Of a DNA stretch of 64,000 nucleotides, positions 28,662 to 42,879 are shown in pieces; the stretch's first letter is position 1, and each line of letters opens with the position of its first letter. A model generated the notes under the pieces. That model saw nothing but the letters and a program-made list of their open reading frames with translations. It was not told the origin of the DNA and made no database searches. The translations under genes were made by a program, and so were the position numbers. Source of the DNA: Eledone cirrhosa (taxonomy: Eukaryota); contig OZ024751.1 of assembly GCA_964016885.1 (NCBI GenBank), forward strand, positions 48,546,001-48,610,000. Reading direction: 5' to 3'.

Positions 28662-28780
28662 CCTCCACCTACCCCCCACTCTCCTGAGCGTGAATCTAAT
28701 AAACATTTGTCGTACTGCCTCTCTGTTCTGTCCCTGTTCAATTTTTTATTATGTATATATGTATATATATATATATATAT

Positions 28781-28985
28781 AACAAAGGAATTGTGGTAAG
28801 GAACCAGATGGACCATAACACACCAGAGTACTCAATACTTAGGGTATTAGAGTGGGAAATAGGAAAAAGTATGACCCCAATGACAGAGCTCAAGCCGCCG
28901 TTTCGACGGCTATTTCTGGACTCAGAGTCCAGAAATAGCCGTCTAAACGGCTTGAGCTCTGCCGTCGGGGTCATACTTTTTCCTA
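28781..28985. mobile_element. Family E fragment with a fold-back centred in HHR stem II
   Basis: GACGGCTATTTCTGGACTC A GAGTCCAGAAATAGCCGTC at the centre. Confidence 0.85.
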
Positions 28986-28990
28986 TATAT

Positions 28991-29037
<47 letters not shown>

Positions 29038-29093
29038 AATATATAAACAGACATATATATATACATAACATATATGTATATATATATATATAA

Positions 29094-29176
<83 letters not shown>

Positions 29177-29409
29177 TATAGACATATATCATTGATGCTC
29201 TTTTAGAGTCTGAATAACAATGATATCTACAGCGTCACCTTGACAGAAGAAAGAAACAAAGCTGCCCCCCTCTCCTCCACCCATCTCTCTCTCTCTCTGT
29301 ATATATATATATACATATATATACATATACACATATATATATACATAAATATATATATATATTTATATATATATATATATAAATATATATATATGTATAT
29401 ATATATATG

Positions 29410-29554
<145 letters not shown>

Positions 29555-29573
29555 GTATATATATATATATATG

Positions 29574-29643
<70 letters not shown>

Positions 29644-30166
29644 TATATACATATGTTTGAGTGTGTTACAATAAAAGTGCATATATATAAGTAGACACAA
29701 AAAAAAAGCAAAAAAAAAATAATAAAAAAGACAACTATAAAAAACATCAACAAATTTGAAACAATATCTAAATGAAAACTTATACGAAGAACCGACTCTA
29801 TATTCATTTTATAATGGCGCCTCTCACTATTTCTCTCGCTCTCTTAACCACTTGAAACTATATCGCTGACATAGGAAACGATATAGAAAAATATTCCACT
29901 TCCATAGCAGATGACATTCTCATTTTGTAATAGATTTTACCTCGGAATTTGTACGGATCACGCAACAAAAATAGTGATATTAGTGATTATACTATGAAGG
30001 ATAATGTTTTTTTTAAACAGAAAAAAAATAAAATTGATATAAAAAAACCCACTCAAAGACCAATCTTTTCCTCACGCCAACTAATAAAAAATAGAACAAT
30101 TTCAGAAGACATAAAAATACAAAAAAATCAACAACAACAACCTAATAAAACATTTAGTGCTACTGG

Positions 30167-30204
<38 letters not shown>

Positions 30205-30214
30205 TAGTACAGTC

Positions 30215-30259
<45 letters not shown>

Positions 30260-30280
30260 TATATAAATATACATATGTAC

Positions 30281-30367
<87 letters not shown>

Positions 30368-30598
30368 CATGTACGTGTATATATATATATATATATAAAG
30401 AATTAATAATAACAGGTAGACATCATAAAAAGGTAATTTATTCCGTGTGCTTACAAATGTTTCTACGGTGGTTATACAGCCTATTCTTCCATACCTCGTT
30501 GTGTAAACCCTCACCGTACCTCAACTCTATCAAGTGTAGTAACCATTACTGCATCCAGGATAATCCTAAGCATTTATTGCATAACCTAATATATATAG

Positions 30599-30636
<38 letters not shown>

Positions 30637-30917
30637 ACACACATATATATATATATATATAATTTTTTCTGCTGCATATATAATCAGCAACAATCTTTTG
30701 TATGATAATAATTGTTTCTACTTTTAGGCAGAAGGCCAGCAAATTACCCAGTGCATTAATCGCAAGCAAACTAGTCCAATGGTATTTCCATCTCTTTGGT
30801 CAAACACTTCTCTATATTTTGTTATGATTCTCTCGATCAGAGTCTATCTTTATCTGGGTTTCTCTGTCATCTCGTATATAGAAGGTAGCACATACATATA
30901 TATAACTCACATGTATA

Positions 30918-31218
30918 TGTGCAACTTTGACACCTCTTTCTGCAACATCATTCACAACAACTGTCTTCTCAAGTTTTTCAAGTCCATGTTTGTAAGCAGG
31001 ATCATCCTTCCATGTTGAAGGGTCTTTGTCGAGGAAATTGGAGCTGATAGAAAATCTCGTTAAGAAATCTTTTGTTCCAGGAGTTACAAAAGACGAAGAA
31101 GACTCGATGTTGTAAAGGAAGAAAAGTCATTTTGGTGCAGAATCTACCTCTTCAGTTGATTTCTTCACCTTTGTCTGCTTGTAGCATAACTTGAGCAATA
31201 TTTGCCTTAACCTCTCCT
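30918..31218 (-). pseudogene. Decayed DNA transposase C-terminus (hAT/hATm-like)
   Basis: Manual minus-strand translation gives FVTPGTKDFLTRFSISSNFLDKDPSTWKDDPAYKHGLEKLEKTVVVNDVAERGVKV. The VNDxAERGVK motif is recalled from this transposase group. Stops lie upstream; it is absent from the ORF track. Confidence 0.7.
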
Positions 31219-31800
31219 TGCTTGCCGCCTACTCTCCTTGCTCTCCTTTTCTCCTTGCTCTACATGCTCTCCCTTTCTTCTTCCTCTCATTGCTCTCCGT
31301 GCTCTCCTTTTCTCATTGCTCTCCTAGCTCTTCTTGCTCTCCTTGCTCTCCTTGCTCTCATAGCTCTTTCTGCTTGCTCTGCTTGCTCTCCTTTTCTCCT
31401 TGTTATCCTTGCTCTCCTTTTCTCCTTTTCTCATTGCTCTCTTTTCTCCCCTTTTCTCATTGCTCTCTTTGCTCTCCTGTTCTCATTACTCTCCGTGTCT
31501 TCCTTTTCTTCTTTCTCTCATTGCTCTCCTTGTTTTCCTTGCTCTCCTTTTCTACTTGCTCTCCTTGCTCTCCTTTTCTCATTTTCTCATTGCTCTCTTT
31601 ACTATCCGGTTCTCATTGCTCTCCTTGCTCTTTTTGCTCTCCTTTCTCATTGCTCTCATTGCTCTCCTTTTCTCCTTGCTCACCTGGATCTCCTTGCTCT
31701 TCTTACTCTCCCTTTCTCGTTGCTCTACTTGCTCTCCTTTTATTCTTGCTCTCCTTTTTTCATTACTCTCCCTTTCTCCCTGCTCTCCCTTTCTCCTTGT
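31219..31800. repeat. Degenerate 9-bp-based minisatellite (TTGCTCTCC / TTTTCTCAT)
   Basis: Directly visible. It explains the spurious ORFs at 31191-32117. Confidence 0.92.
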
Positions 31801-31882
31801 ATCTATGTACTTGTTTATGTACAAAAGCAATGAGAAAAGGGTGCAAGGAGAAATATGAAATCAAGGATGGTCATATACATAT

Positions 31883-31955
<73 letters not shown>

Positions 31956-32114
31956 ACATATATACATATATATATAAGATATGTATATCCTTGCTTTCAT
32001 ATTTCTCCTTGCACTCTTTTCTCATTGTATTTGTATACATTGAGTCTTCGTCTATTACTCAATACCGAGAACTCATTTCTCTCAGCTGTCCACTACATAT
32101 GGATATATGTATAT

Positions 32115-32462
32115 TAGGGTGGCCCTTAGCAATAGGTAATTTTCCGAAAGTTAAAATGTTGCTGCTCCCACAGCGAAAAATAGGTGTTTGCCCTACACCT
32201 GCGCTCTGTCCACAGCTTTGCAAGTTGCCTTCTCCATTATATTTATTGTCACTTATCCTTCTAATACCAAGAATAAGTCTAAACACATTTTTAGTTTAAG
32301 TGAAAATTATATAACAGATAACACATCTTTATCTGAAAAAATGACTTTCCGGGCGAAAACTTCAAAATTTCACGGTCGATGAGGGTCGCTTTGCAGTCGT
32401 CTGCTTCAGCTAAAGTTTTGCTTAGATTATTTTTTTTTTGTTAATTGAAACAAGATTGGAGC
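32115..32462 (+). mobile_element. Possible hATm-like transposon end
   Basis: Begins TAGGGTGGCCC, matching recalled hATm termini (TAGGGTG), and lies about 1 kb from the transposase remnant. No partner TIR was seen. Confidence 0.4.
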
Positions 32463-32475
32463 GTGTGTGTGTATT

Positions 32476-32566
<91 letters not shown>

Positions 32567-32786
32567 CGTTTCTGAATTTGTTTAGCAAGATTCTTTATCT
32601 GAAATCGTGTGTTGAAACCGATATCTATGCCAATAAGAAACACACGCACCAGTTGCTTTCACTTCAATTTATTATATATTTATAAATTTATAAATTTACA
32701 AATTTACAAACCTATAAATTTCTGGTTGGTTGGTTGGTTCCACAACCAGATAGTTGTTTATTGGCAACATGACCCTCCCAAAGTTT

Positions 32787-32821
<35 letters not shown>

Positions 32822-33034
32822 TACATATATATGGCTATGGCATCAGATACGGTGAACAACAGACGAATAAGTAAGTCCTAGATGAGTATATGGAGTGGCA
32901 CTAAAGTATTACCGTGAACAGTCAAATAATATCGGTCATCAGCATTTGAAATGGACTTACAGTTTCAAACCCTATCGACAGAATTGTTTCTACATTCGTG
33001 GTTTTAGTGTCTACCACGATACATATATACATAT

Positions 33035-33699
<665 letters not shown>

Positions 33700-33917
33700 A
33701 TCACCCTATCCACACGTTGAGTGACTTGAAGAACTTTTAAAAGTGATGAATATCTCGATCACATGACATTAGAAGGTTTAGAAAATCTGGTAAAAGTGGC
33801 CAGCAGCAGTTACGGAGAATCTACCACTCAGTACCTCCCAAATTCTGGCCATATATATATATATATATATATAATTATATATATATATATAATTATATAT
33901 ATATAATTATATATATA

Positions 33918-33961
<44 letters not shown>

Positions 33962-33970
33962 TATATAATT

Positions 33971-34097
33971 TAGCCGTCGAAACGGCTTGAGCTCAGCCGT
34001 CGGGGTCTTACTGGTTCCTATTACCCACTCTACTACCCTAAGTATTGAGTACTTTGGTGCGTTATGCTCCACCTGGTTCCTTACCACATTTCCTTCG

Positions 34098-34178
<81 letters not shown>

Positions 34179-34608
34179 TTTATATATACATATATATATA
34201 TATAACGAAGGAGTTGTAAGGAACCAGATGGACCATAACGCACCAGAGTACTCAATACTTAGGGTAGTAGAGTGGTTAATAGGAAAATGTATGACCCCGA
34301 CGGCAGAGCTCAAGCCGTTTCGACGGCTATTTCTGGACAGAATAGCCGTCGAAACGGCTTGGGCTCTGCCGTCGGGCTCATACATTTTCCTATATATATA
34401 TATATATATATATATAAACAAAAAAAGAAAATGTGGTGGTGAACCAGGTGGACCATAACACACCAGAGTACTCGATACCTAGGGTTGTAGAGTGGGCAAT
34501 AGGAAAAGAGTCAGGACCCCGACGGCTGAGCTCCGGCTGTTTCGACAGCGCCTTCGGATCTAGCTGTCGAAACGGCAGGAGCTCACCCGTCGGGGTCCTG
34601 ACTCTTTT

Positions 34609-34611
<3 letters not shown>
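33971..34611. mobile_element. Cluster of three family E fragments, two with fold-backs
   Basis: 33971-34100 (+), 34204-34391 and 34417-34611, each separated by (TA)n. Confidence 0.85.
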
Positions 34612-34657
<46 letters not shown>

Positions 34658-34660
<3 letters not shown>

Positions 34661-35122
34661 TATGTACACGTACATACATATATGTATACAGACGTACAGT
34701 AGTATGTATATATATATATACATACATGCACACATATATATATATGCACGTATGGATTCACCGAATATTTATTATAATGCTCGGTGTGTTTGTAAACAAA
34801 CATCCCGTATTAAGCCGTAGTGTCTAGCAACCACCGTTGCTCGTTTGTTCAACACTGACAAAGGAACGCTGTACTAGCTTCAAGTAACGGTGGTTGCTAG
34901 ACACTACGGTTAATACGGGATGTTTGTTTACAAACACACCGAGCATTATAATAAATATTCGGTGAATCCATACGTGCATATATATATGTGTGCATGTATG
35001 TACATATATATATATACATACTACTGTACGTCTGTATACATATATGTATGTACGTGTACATACTTATATTTAAGTAACAGCCGTACTAAGAGTGGGAAAT
35101 GAAATATCGTTTCATTTTTTCC

Positions 35123-35126
<4 letters not shown>
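34658..35126. mobile_element. Family B-related fold-back element
   Basis: 34658-34838 mirrors 34886-35065. The left arm stops in the 3' half of the HHR (GTACTAGCTTCAAG). Confidence 0.8.
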
Positions 35127-35158
<32 letters not shown>

Positions 35159-35204
35159 ATCGATCTATATACGATGTCTTCGGAATTATAAGTAAATCTT
35201 ATTG

Positions 35205-35400
35205 CACATACACGACTATATATATCGGAGGCGATGTTGTATCAGTATTATCACATACACGGCTATATATGTCGGAGCCGATGTTATATTAGTTTTATCA
35301 TATACATGGCTCTATATGTCGTAGGCTAATGTTATATCAGTGTTATCACATTCACGGCTCTGTGTGTAGGTGGCTATGTTGTTTGAGTTTTATCACATAG
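35205..35400. repeat. Degenerate ~47-bp tandem repeat, about 4 copies
   Basis: CACATACACGGCTATATATGTCGGAG..GATGTT.TATCAGT.TTAT recurs. Confidence 0.8.
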
Positions 35401-35629
35401 AAAGATGATACGTAATAACGTTTTATATTTTTTTGCACAGACCAATTCACGTGAAATCAAATTGACTTCTTACACACAACTATACTATTTCAAAAGAATA
35501 TTATCAACATTAGAGAAACATAAGACACAAAAAAAGACAACCTATATTAAGTGAACAGACATAAATATACAAAAGTAATGAGTAAATATTTGTTTTTTTT
35601 CTCTTCATCTGTCTTACTCTCTTTCTGTC

Positions 35630-36130
35630 TTTCTTTCACCCCTCTCTCTCTTTCTCTTCTCTATCGTTCTGTACGTCTTTCTGGCCCTCTCTCTCCCCTT
35701 CTATCTCTTTATCTCTTTCACCTCCTCTCTCTGTTTCTCCTTCTCTTTCTCTTCTCTATCGTTCTGTACGTCTTTCTGGCCCTCTCTCTCCCCTTCTATC
35801 TCTTTATCTCTTTCACCCCCTCTCTCTGTTTCTCCTTCTCTGTCTCTTCTCTATCGTTCTGTACGTCTTTCTGGCCCTCTCTCTCCCCTTCTATCTCTTT
35901 ATCTCTTTCACCCCCTCTCTCTGTTTCTCCTTCTCTGTCTCTTCTCTATCGTTCTGTATGTCTTTCTGTATCTCTCTCTCCCTTTCTATCTCTTTATCTC
36001 TTTCACTCCCTCTCTCTGTTTCTCCCTCTCTTTCTCTGTGTCCTTCTCTTTCTCTTCTCTATCGTCCTGTATATCCCTCTATGTCTTTCTGGCACTCTCT
36101 CTCCCCCTCTATCTCTTTATATCTTTCTCT
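35630..36130. repeat. CT-rich ~94-bp tandem repeat, 4-5 copies
   Basis: CTATCGTTCTGTACGTCTTTCTGGCCCT recurs. Confidence 0.85.
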
Positions 36131-36344
36131 CTCCCTCTCTCTATGGTTCTAATCGTCTCTGTAATTCTGTTTTACACATTTACAGTTTACAGTATCTATA
36201 TACCTACCTATCTAGCTATTTGTCTGTCTATCCTTCTCTCTGCCTGCCTGTCTGTCTGTCTCTCTGTCCCTCTGTCTCTCTGTCTGTACACCACACACAT
36301 ATATATTGTATATATATAAATACATATATATATATATGTGTGTG

Positions 36345-36389
<45 letters not shown>

Positions 36390-36453
36390 AAAAAAAGATG
36401 AAATCGAAAATGCAACTGGAGTCTTATTTAAAAAAAATATATTTATTTGGTTC

Positions 36454-36489
36454 CTTTACCGGTTTCGCAGTTCTTCTGCTTTTCAAAAG
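36454..36489 (-). ncRNA. Variant minimal hammerhead (U3:A8 core) in the inverted pLTR
   Basis: CTT-TTGAAAA-[GCAG aagaa CTGC]-GAAA-CCGG-TA-AAG. Confidence 0.7.
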
Positions 36490-36959
36490 TAGAGTTGAGA
36501 TGGAGGGTCTGTGGTTTTTCTCACATCTGGTTGGTCTCTGAATGTTACTTATTTTATATGGAAAAAGTAGTTCGAAACGCCAGTTCGCGTTACAATAGTT
36601 CTTCAAATAAGAGGGGGGGGGGGGGGTTGTCACAGGTTGTTTTTTCATATATGAGTGTTTGAGTTTCTTTTTACTTGAAAAAGGGGCTCACGAAGGCTTT
36701 TTTTAAAAATAAGCGTAATTTGATTGATTATAAATGAAATTATGGCTGTCACGTCAACAAGTTTTCATTAAATTTTCGCGCCCTTATTTGGAAATCCATT
36801 CTGTAGCCTTTTTAGAGAATTTTATGATAAGTAAAAGAGAAATGGGATGGGAGAATTGTTCTGGTTCAGTGAATATGGTTAGTTCGCTGGGGTGTCAGAA
36901 TTCAGATTTTCTATTGAAAGTAAATATATGTATGTTTATTTGTGTGCTTGTGTGTGTGT

Positions 36960-37069
<110 letters not shown>

Positions 37070-37234
37070 AATTTCTTTTTACTTAAAAAAAAGGCTGGCT
37101 CACGAAGGCTTTTTTTAATAAACGGCATCAATAACCACATCCAATCTTAATAAACCACATCCCTTCTTAATAAACGGCATCAATAACCACATCCGTTCTT
37201 AATAAACGGCATCAATAACCACATCCAATTCACA

Positions 37235-38191
37235 ATGGAATACAGCCAAGATCAACTCCCATTTCTGGACATCTTAATCATAAAAAAAGGCACAAATATC
37301 GAAACTGACATACACTACAAACCAACAGATTCCAAACAATACCTGCTATTCACCTCCAACCATCCAAAGCACACGAAGACGAACATTCCTTTTAACATAG
37401 CAAGAAGAATTTACACAATTGTCTCCAATTATGAAACGCGAAATAAAAGACTTCAAGAATTAAAGGAAATTCTACTCGAGAGAGAGTACCCACTATTACT
37501 AATAAATAATGGGATAGAAAGGGCTAAAGCAATAGGCATTGATGAATTACGAAAACAGAAACAAATTCAAGGTACGTCCAATATTCTATCATATATCTCA
37601 ACACACAACCCAAGAAACGCGGAAGCTTACAACACTATTCGCAAGAACATCCCACTACTAAAACAAAACCCAAGAATGAAAAAAGCCCTTGAAACACACA
37701 AAATAATCAAAAGCAAAAGACAACCGAAATCACTGAAAACATTACACACCAATGCCAAATTACCTACCGCAAACCCACAACCAAGTATCAAAAAATGTGG
37801 TCGCTCTAATTGTGGAACCTGCACTCACCTCATTGAAGGAAACACGTATACATTTAAATCAGGACAAAATTTTACTGTAAAAAATCACTTCACTTGCTCA
37901 TCAAAAAATCTAATTTATGCAATTAAATGTAAAGGATGCAATGAAGATTATATGGGACAAACTAAACTCACACTCAGAAACAGAATGACAGTTCATCGCC
38001 AACAATTACGAGATCCAACCACGAGACAGATACCACTAAGCGCATATCTAGACATTTGCGCAAGTAATAAGACACCCAAATTCCAAATCTTCCCATTTTA
38101 CCTTTGCGCTAACAATACAACAGAACAAATACGAATAAATAAGGAAAATATGTTTATTCAAAAATATAGACCAGCATTAAATATGGTTTAA
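37235..38191 (+). CDS. PLE polyprotein C-terminus: RT thumb, Cys-rich linker and GIY-YIG endonuclease (5'-truncated, frame open)
   Basis: FTME..LPFLDI..TDIHYKPTD..YL.FTSNHP.H...IP; CGRSNCGTC; FTCSSKNLIYAIKCKGC..YMGQT..LRNRM..H; E..FIQKY.P.LN. Confidence 0.93.
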   Translation: MEYSQDQLPFLDILIIKKGTNIETDIHYKPTDSKQYLLFTSNHPKHTKTNIPFNIARRIYTIVSNYETRNKRLQELKEILLEREYPLLLINNGIERAKAIGIDELRKQKQIQGTSNILSYISTHNPRNAEAYNTIRKNIPLLKQNPRMKKALETHKIIKSKRQPKSLKTLHTNAKLPTANPQPSIKKCGRSNCGTCTHLIEGNTYTFKSGQNFTVKNHFTCSSKNLIYAIKCKGCNEDYMGQTKLTLRNRMTVHRQQLRDPTTRQIPLSAYLDICASNKTPKFQIFPFYLCANNTTEQIRINKENMFIQKYRPALNMV

Positions 38192-38633
38192 TATACATTA
38201 TGTCAACACCATAATATGACATACACACACACACATAACACCTTCTACTTTAGAAAATAAAAAACCGAACTAAATAAACCTTAACATACGTTTGCACTGA
38301 CAATACAACCGGTCAAATACGAAAAAGTAAGGAAAATATGTTCATTCAAAAATATTCCTACTAAAGGAATCATTTTCCTACACACACACACACTATATAT
38401 ATATTCTCTTCATCTTAACATGCTAACCATACTCCCACACACATAACAACCCCCACACCCACAACTCTCTCCCCCATTTCTACTAATAGAACCACTTTCC
38501 TACACACATATATACACACACACAAAATATATATTCTCTCCATCTTAACATACTCGCACACACACACACACATAACACCCATATACACACACACAACTCC
38601 CTACCCCATTTCTACTAATAGAATCATCTTCCA

Positions 38634-38755
<122 letters not shown>

Positions 38756-39616
38756 GCACACAAATAAACATACATATCTTTACTTCAATAGAAAATCTGA
38801 ACTCTGACACCCCAGCGAACTAACCATATTCACTGAACCGGAACAATTCTCCCATCCCATTTCTCTTGACCACTATCTTTTGCTTGTCATAACATTCTCT
38901 AAAAAGGCTACATAATAGATTTCCAAATAAGGGCGCGAAAATTTAATGAAAACTTGTTCACGTGACAGCCAAATTTCATTTATAACCAATCAAATTACGT
39001 TTATTAAAAAAAAGCCTTCGTGGGCCACCCTTTTTTTTAAGTAAAAAGAAATTCAAACACACACACACAACACACACACACACACACAAGCACACAAATA
39101 AACATACATATCTTTACTTTCTTTATTCAATAGAAAATTTGAATTCTGACACCCCAGCGAACTAACCATATTCACTGAACCAGAACAATTCTTCCATCCC
39201 ATTTCTCTTGACCATTATCTTTTACTTATCATAACATTCTCTAAAAAGGCTACAGAATGGATTTCCAAATAAGGGCGCGAAAATTTAATGAAAATTTGTT
39301 CACGTGACAGCCATAATTTCATTTATAACCAATCAAATTACGCTTATTTAAAAAAAAAGCCTTCGTGAGCCCCTTTTTTCAAGTAAAAAGAAATTCAAAC
39401 ACTCATATATGAAAAAAACAACCTGTGACACCCCCCTCTTATTTGAAGAACTATTGTAACGCGAACTGGCGCGAAATTTATTATAATTATTGACCAATCA
39501 ATCAAATTACTTCTCGAAAAACCTGGCATTTCGAGCCACTTTTTCCATATAAAATAAGTAACATTCAGAGACCAACCAGATGTGAAAAAAACCACAGACC
39601 CTCCATCTCAACTCTA

Positions 39617-39652
39617 CTTTTGAAAAGCAGAAGAATTGCGAAATCGGTAAAG
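39617..39652 (+). ncRNA. Variant minimal hammerhead (U3:A8 core) in the PLE 3' pLTR
   Basis: CTT-TTGAAAA-[GCAG aagaa TTGC]-GAAA-TCGG-TA-AAG, with AATAAA just downstream. Confidence 0.68.
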
Positions 39653-39788
39653 GAACCAAATAAATATATATATTTAAAAAAAAAATAAGACTCCAGTTGC
39701 ATTTTCGATTTCATCTTTTTTTCTTTATACTTTCACTCGTGTAGGACACCTCGGTTATTTTTCATTTTGTAAAAAAAAAAAACCTCAC

Positions 39789-39840
<52 letters not shown>

Positions 39841-39952
39841 TATATATATATATATATATAACGAAGGAGTTGTGGTAAGGAACCAGATGGACCATAACGC
39901 ACCAGAGTACTCAATACTTAGGGTAGTAGAGTGGGTAATAGGAGAATGTATG

Positions 39953-40048
39953 ACCCCGACGGCAGAGCTCAAGCCGTTTCGACGGCTATTTCTAGACTAA
40001 ATTAGAATTTTTAGTCTGGTAAATAAATAGCCGAACTTTTCAAGGGGT
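39953..40048 (-). ncRNA. Complete family E hammerhead (U3:A8 core, long stem II)
   Basis: Minus strand ACCCC-TTGAAAA-G..[CGGCTATTT...AGACTAAA/TTTAGTCT...AAATAGCCG]TC-GAAA-[CGGC ttgagctct GCCG]-TC-GGGGT, with a GUC triplet. Confidence 0.82.
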
Positions 40049-40824
40049 ACTTCCTTATATGGGAAGATTGTAGTTGTCAAGAGGATTGGTCAAAATTTGT
40101 TGAAAACACAAATAAGTCTATCATGGCAGTGAGTGGGAGGTAGGGGTGACTGAACTTACCTGTAGAACGATGAGGGAGTCGGTGGAGCTGGTCAAGCGTT
40201 GAAAGTGAAATCTTTCCCTTTTCAATCGTGCAAACATAAATATAATATGTACGAAAAACTATATAACTTCGCTAAATTAACAATATTTTCAATGTTGGAA
40301 CAAAATATTCGAATCTACAAATTGTTCTCCTCTTACAACTTGAACCACCTGTTATGTTAAATGCAAAACCAACACCCTTCGTAACTCATATTGGAAATGT
40401 AAACAACTAATAATTGTAAATTATTTCTATTTCTATAATACTTATACATGTACAATTATTAATCTATATTTATATACTTATAACCTACTGTAATATAATA
40501 AGATAAAATATACTTACAACCATAATTCTTCACATAATCTAATTGATTATATATACAATATTATAACTCATAATATAGCTAAATAAATTTAAATTCTGTA
40601 ATCATATACCACCATTCCCCAAATTGTTAATTCCTTTTAAATTAACGTAAATACAAGCTCTTCTTCCTTTTTCTTCTTCCTACTCATACATATATATATC
40701 CTAATTATTTAAATTCTGCATAGCGTCTAAAATAACGTTTTTTTCAGCCTTATACCTCAACCTCATTTGCATACTCATCTTAATAATTTTAAATATCTGA
40801 CTTTTCTTCTCTTATCCCTTCACT

Positions 40825-40991
40825 ATCCAAGGAAAACTTGAACCGTTAAGGTATCTTTTGTTTCAAAATTTATAAAACAAACTTTGTATTTTATCTGATG
40901 AAAGCGTACCAAATTTTGATACCCTTCAAATATATATAATAGAATAAATATGGTTTTATAAATATAGTTTCCATTTATTTAATATCATTGT
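40825..40991 (+). mobile_element. Family A fragment with a mutated HHR (GAAA to CAAA) at 40888-40945
   Basis: Near-identical to 56696-56872. Confidence 0.8.
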
Positions 40992-41102
40992 ATATATATA
41001 TATATACGTATATATATATATATGTGTATATATATATACATATATATATGTATATATATCTATATATCTCTATATATATATATTTATTAAAATAACAGAT
41101 TA

Positions 41103-41155
41103 AAGTTTAAGCAAAGAATCGCTGCTTTCACCCTTAACGGGATCTTCTGAAACTT
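41103..41155 (-). ncRNA. Family F hammerhead-like motif with a CAGAAGA (U4A) core
   Basis: AAGTTT-CAGAAGA-T[CCC gttaa GGG]T-GAAA-[GCAG...TTGC]-TT-AAACTT. All three stems form. Confidence 0.6.
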
Positions 41156-41227
41156 ATCGAGCCCTCTTTGGATTTTAGTCTTCAATTTTATTATTATTAT
41201 TACTATATATATATATATATGTATAAA

Positions 41228-41339
<112 letters not shown>

Positions 41340-41471
41340 TGTATGTATATATATACATATATACATACACATATATATATATTATATATATATATATATA
41401 TATACACATATATATACATACATATATATATATATATATACATATCGCTATCTATCTACATATATATACTG

Positions 41472-41505
<34 letters not shown>

Positions 41506-41507
41506 AA

Positions 41508-41977
41508 TTGAAACAAAATGAAAACGAAATTTCATTTCTCACTCTTAGTACGGCACTTACTTAAATGTAAGTATGCATGTATACGTACATACATATATGT
41601 ATACAGACGTACATTAGCATGCTTTCATAAGGAAAGTATATACTTTCGAACGTTCAACTATCTGGCAGATGGGTAAACGGTGCTGATGATAGCTAACAAG
41701 CTTGAAACTAGTACATCGTTCCTGTGTCAGTGTTGAACAAAAAGGTGACGTGGTTGCCTTAACACCGTATGGCATAAATTCAGGCTGTTCAGTTTGTTTA
41801 CAAACGAACAAAGCGACGTTATAATAAGCGCCGCTAAACTGATACGTGCATATATGTATATGTACCTGTATGCATATGTATATATATGTGTATATATATA
41901 TGTATATATATGTATATATGTGCATGCTACTGTACGTCTGTATACATATATGTATGTACGTATACATGCATACTTAC

Positions 41978-41981
<4 letters not shown>
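41508..41981. mobile_element. Family B element with a short inverted 5' arm
   Basis: 41508-41622 (minus) is joined to 41623-41981 (plus), homologous to 20638-21000. Confidence 0.85.
41676..41720 (+). ncRNA. Type I hammerhead ribozyme, family B
   Basis: Identical to 20691-20735. Confidence 0.92.
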
Positions 41982-42015
<34 letters not shown>

Positions 42016-42038
42016 TATATATATGTAGATAGATAGTG

Positions 42039-42100
<62 letters not shown>

Positions 42101-42119
42101 GTGTATGTATATATGTATA

Positions 42120-42200
<81 letters not shown>

Positions 42201-42220
42201 GTATGTGTATGGTTTGTATC

Positions 42221-42302
<82 letters not shown>

Positions 42303-42879
42303 TATACAGGCATTTATTCATATGCATACGTATATAATTTGTGTGCAGGTATTTGTGTATGCTATGCTAAGGTAGGTCATGAATATAGATTGTAAGATTT
42401 TAAGTCTCTTTAATTCTACATTATTTAAAATTAATATCATATATTCTCTTTGCCTGGAGGAAGTGAAATTCTGGCAGAATCTTTGCGATATTCTCACGAT
42501 AAACAATGTGTTTCTGCTTATTCAAATAAGATATCTCTCTGGAAATAGAGGGAACTTTAATGTATTTTAAGGGACCTCATATAACCCCCCCCCCGCCCAC
42601 CATTCTCTCCTTTGTCTTTTATCTACACATGACAACCTTATCTCTAAATTGTATTCCTTCTCTCTCTATCTATTTCTCTTACCCCTCCCCAACCTCCTCC
42701 ACTTCCTCCTCCTCCTCCTCCTCCTTTCCTATTCCCTCTTCTTCTGATAGTGTCTCTGTCTGTCTGTCTGTCTGCCTGTCTGTCAGTCAGTCAGTCTGTC
42801 TGACTGCATCTGTTTCTCTCTCTTTTCTCTTTCCATATCTCTGTCTCTCTTTGCAATTTAGTTTAGATATAGTATCTCT

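Larger units (their letters stand above)
26899..28750 (+). mobile_element. 5'-truncated Penelope-like element: GIY-YIG domain, long C/A-rich 3' region, terminal HHR-like motif and AATAAA
   Basis: GIY-YIG ORF at the 5' end, GC content unlike the flanks, (TA)n on both sides. The terminal segment is also found solo at 14325 and 53121. Confidence 0.88.

Noticed and set aside
31191-32117. Cys/Leu-rich 150-300 aa ORFs
   Set aside because: All frames are open because of the 9-bp pyrimidine minisatellite.
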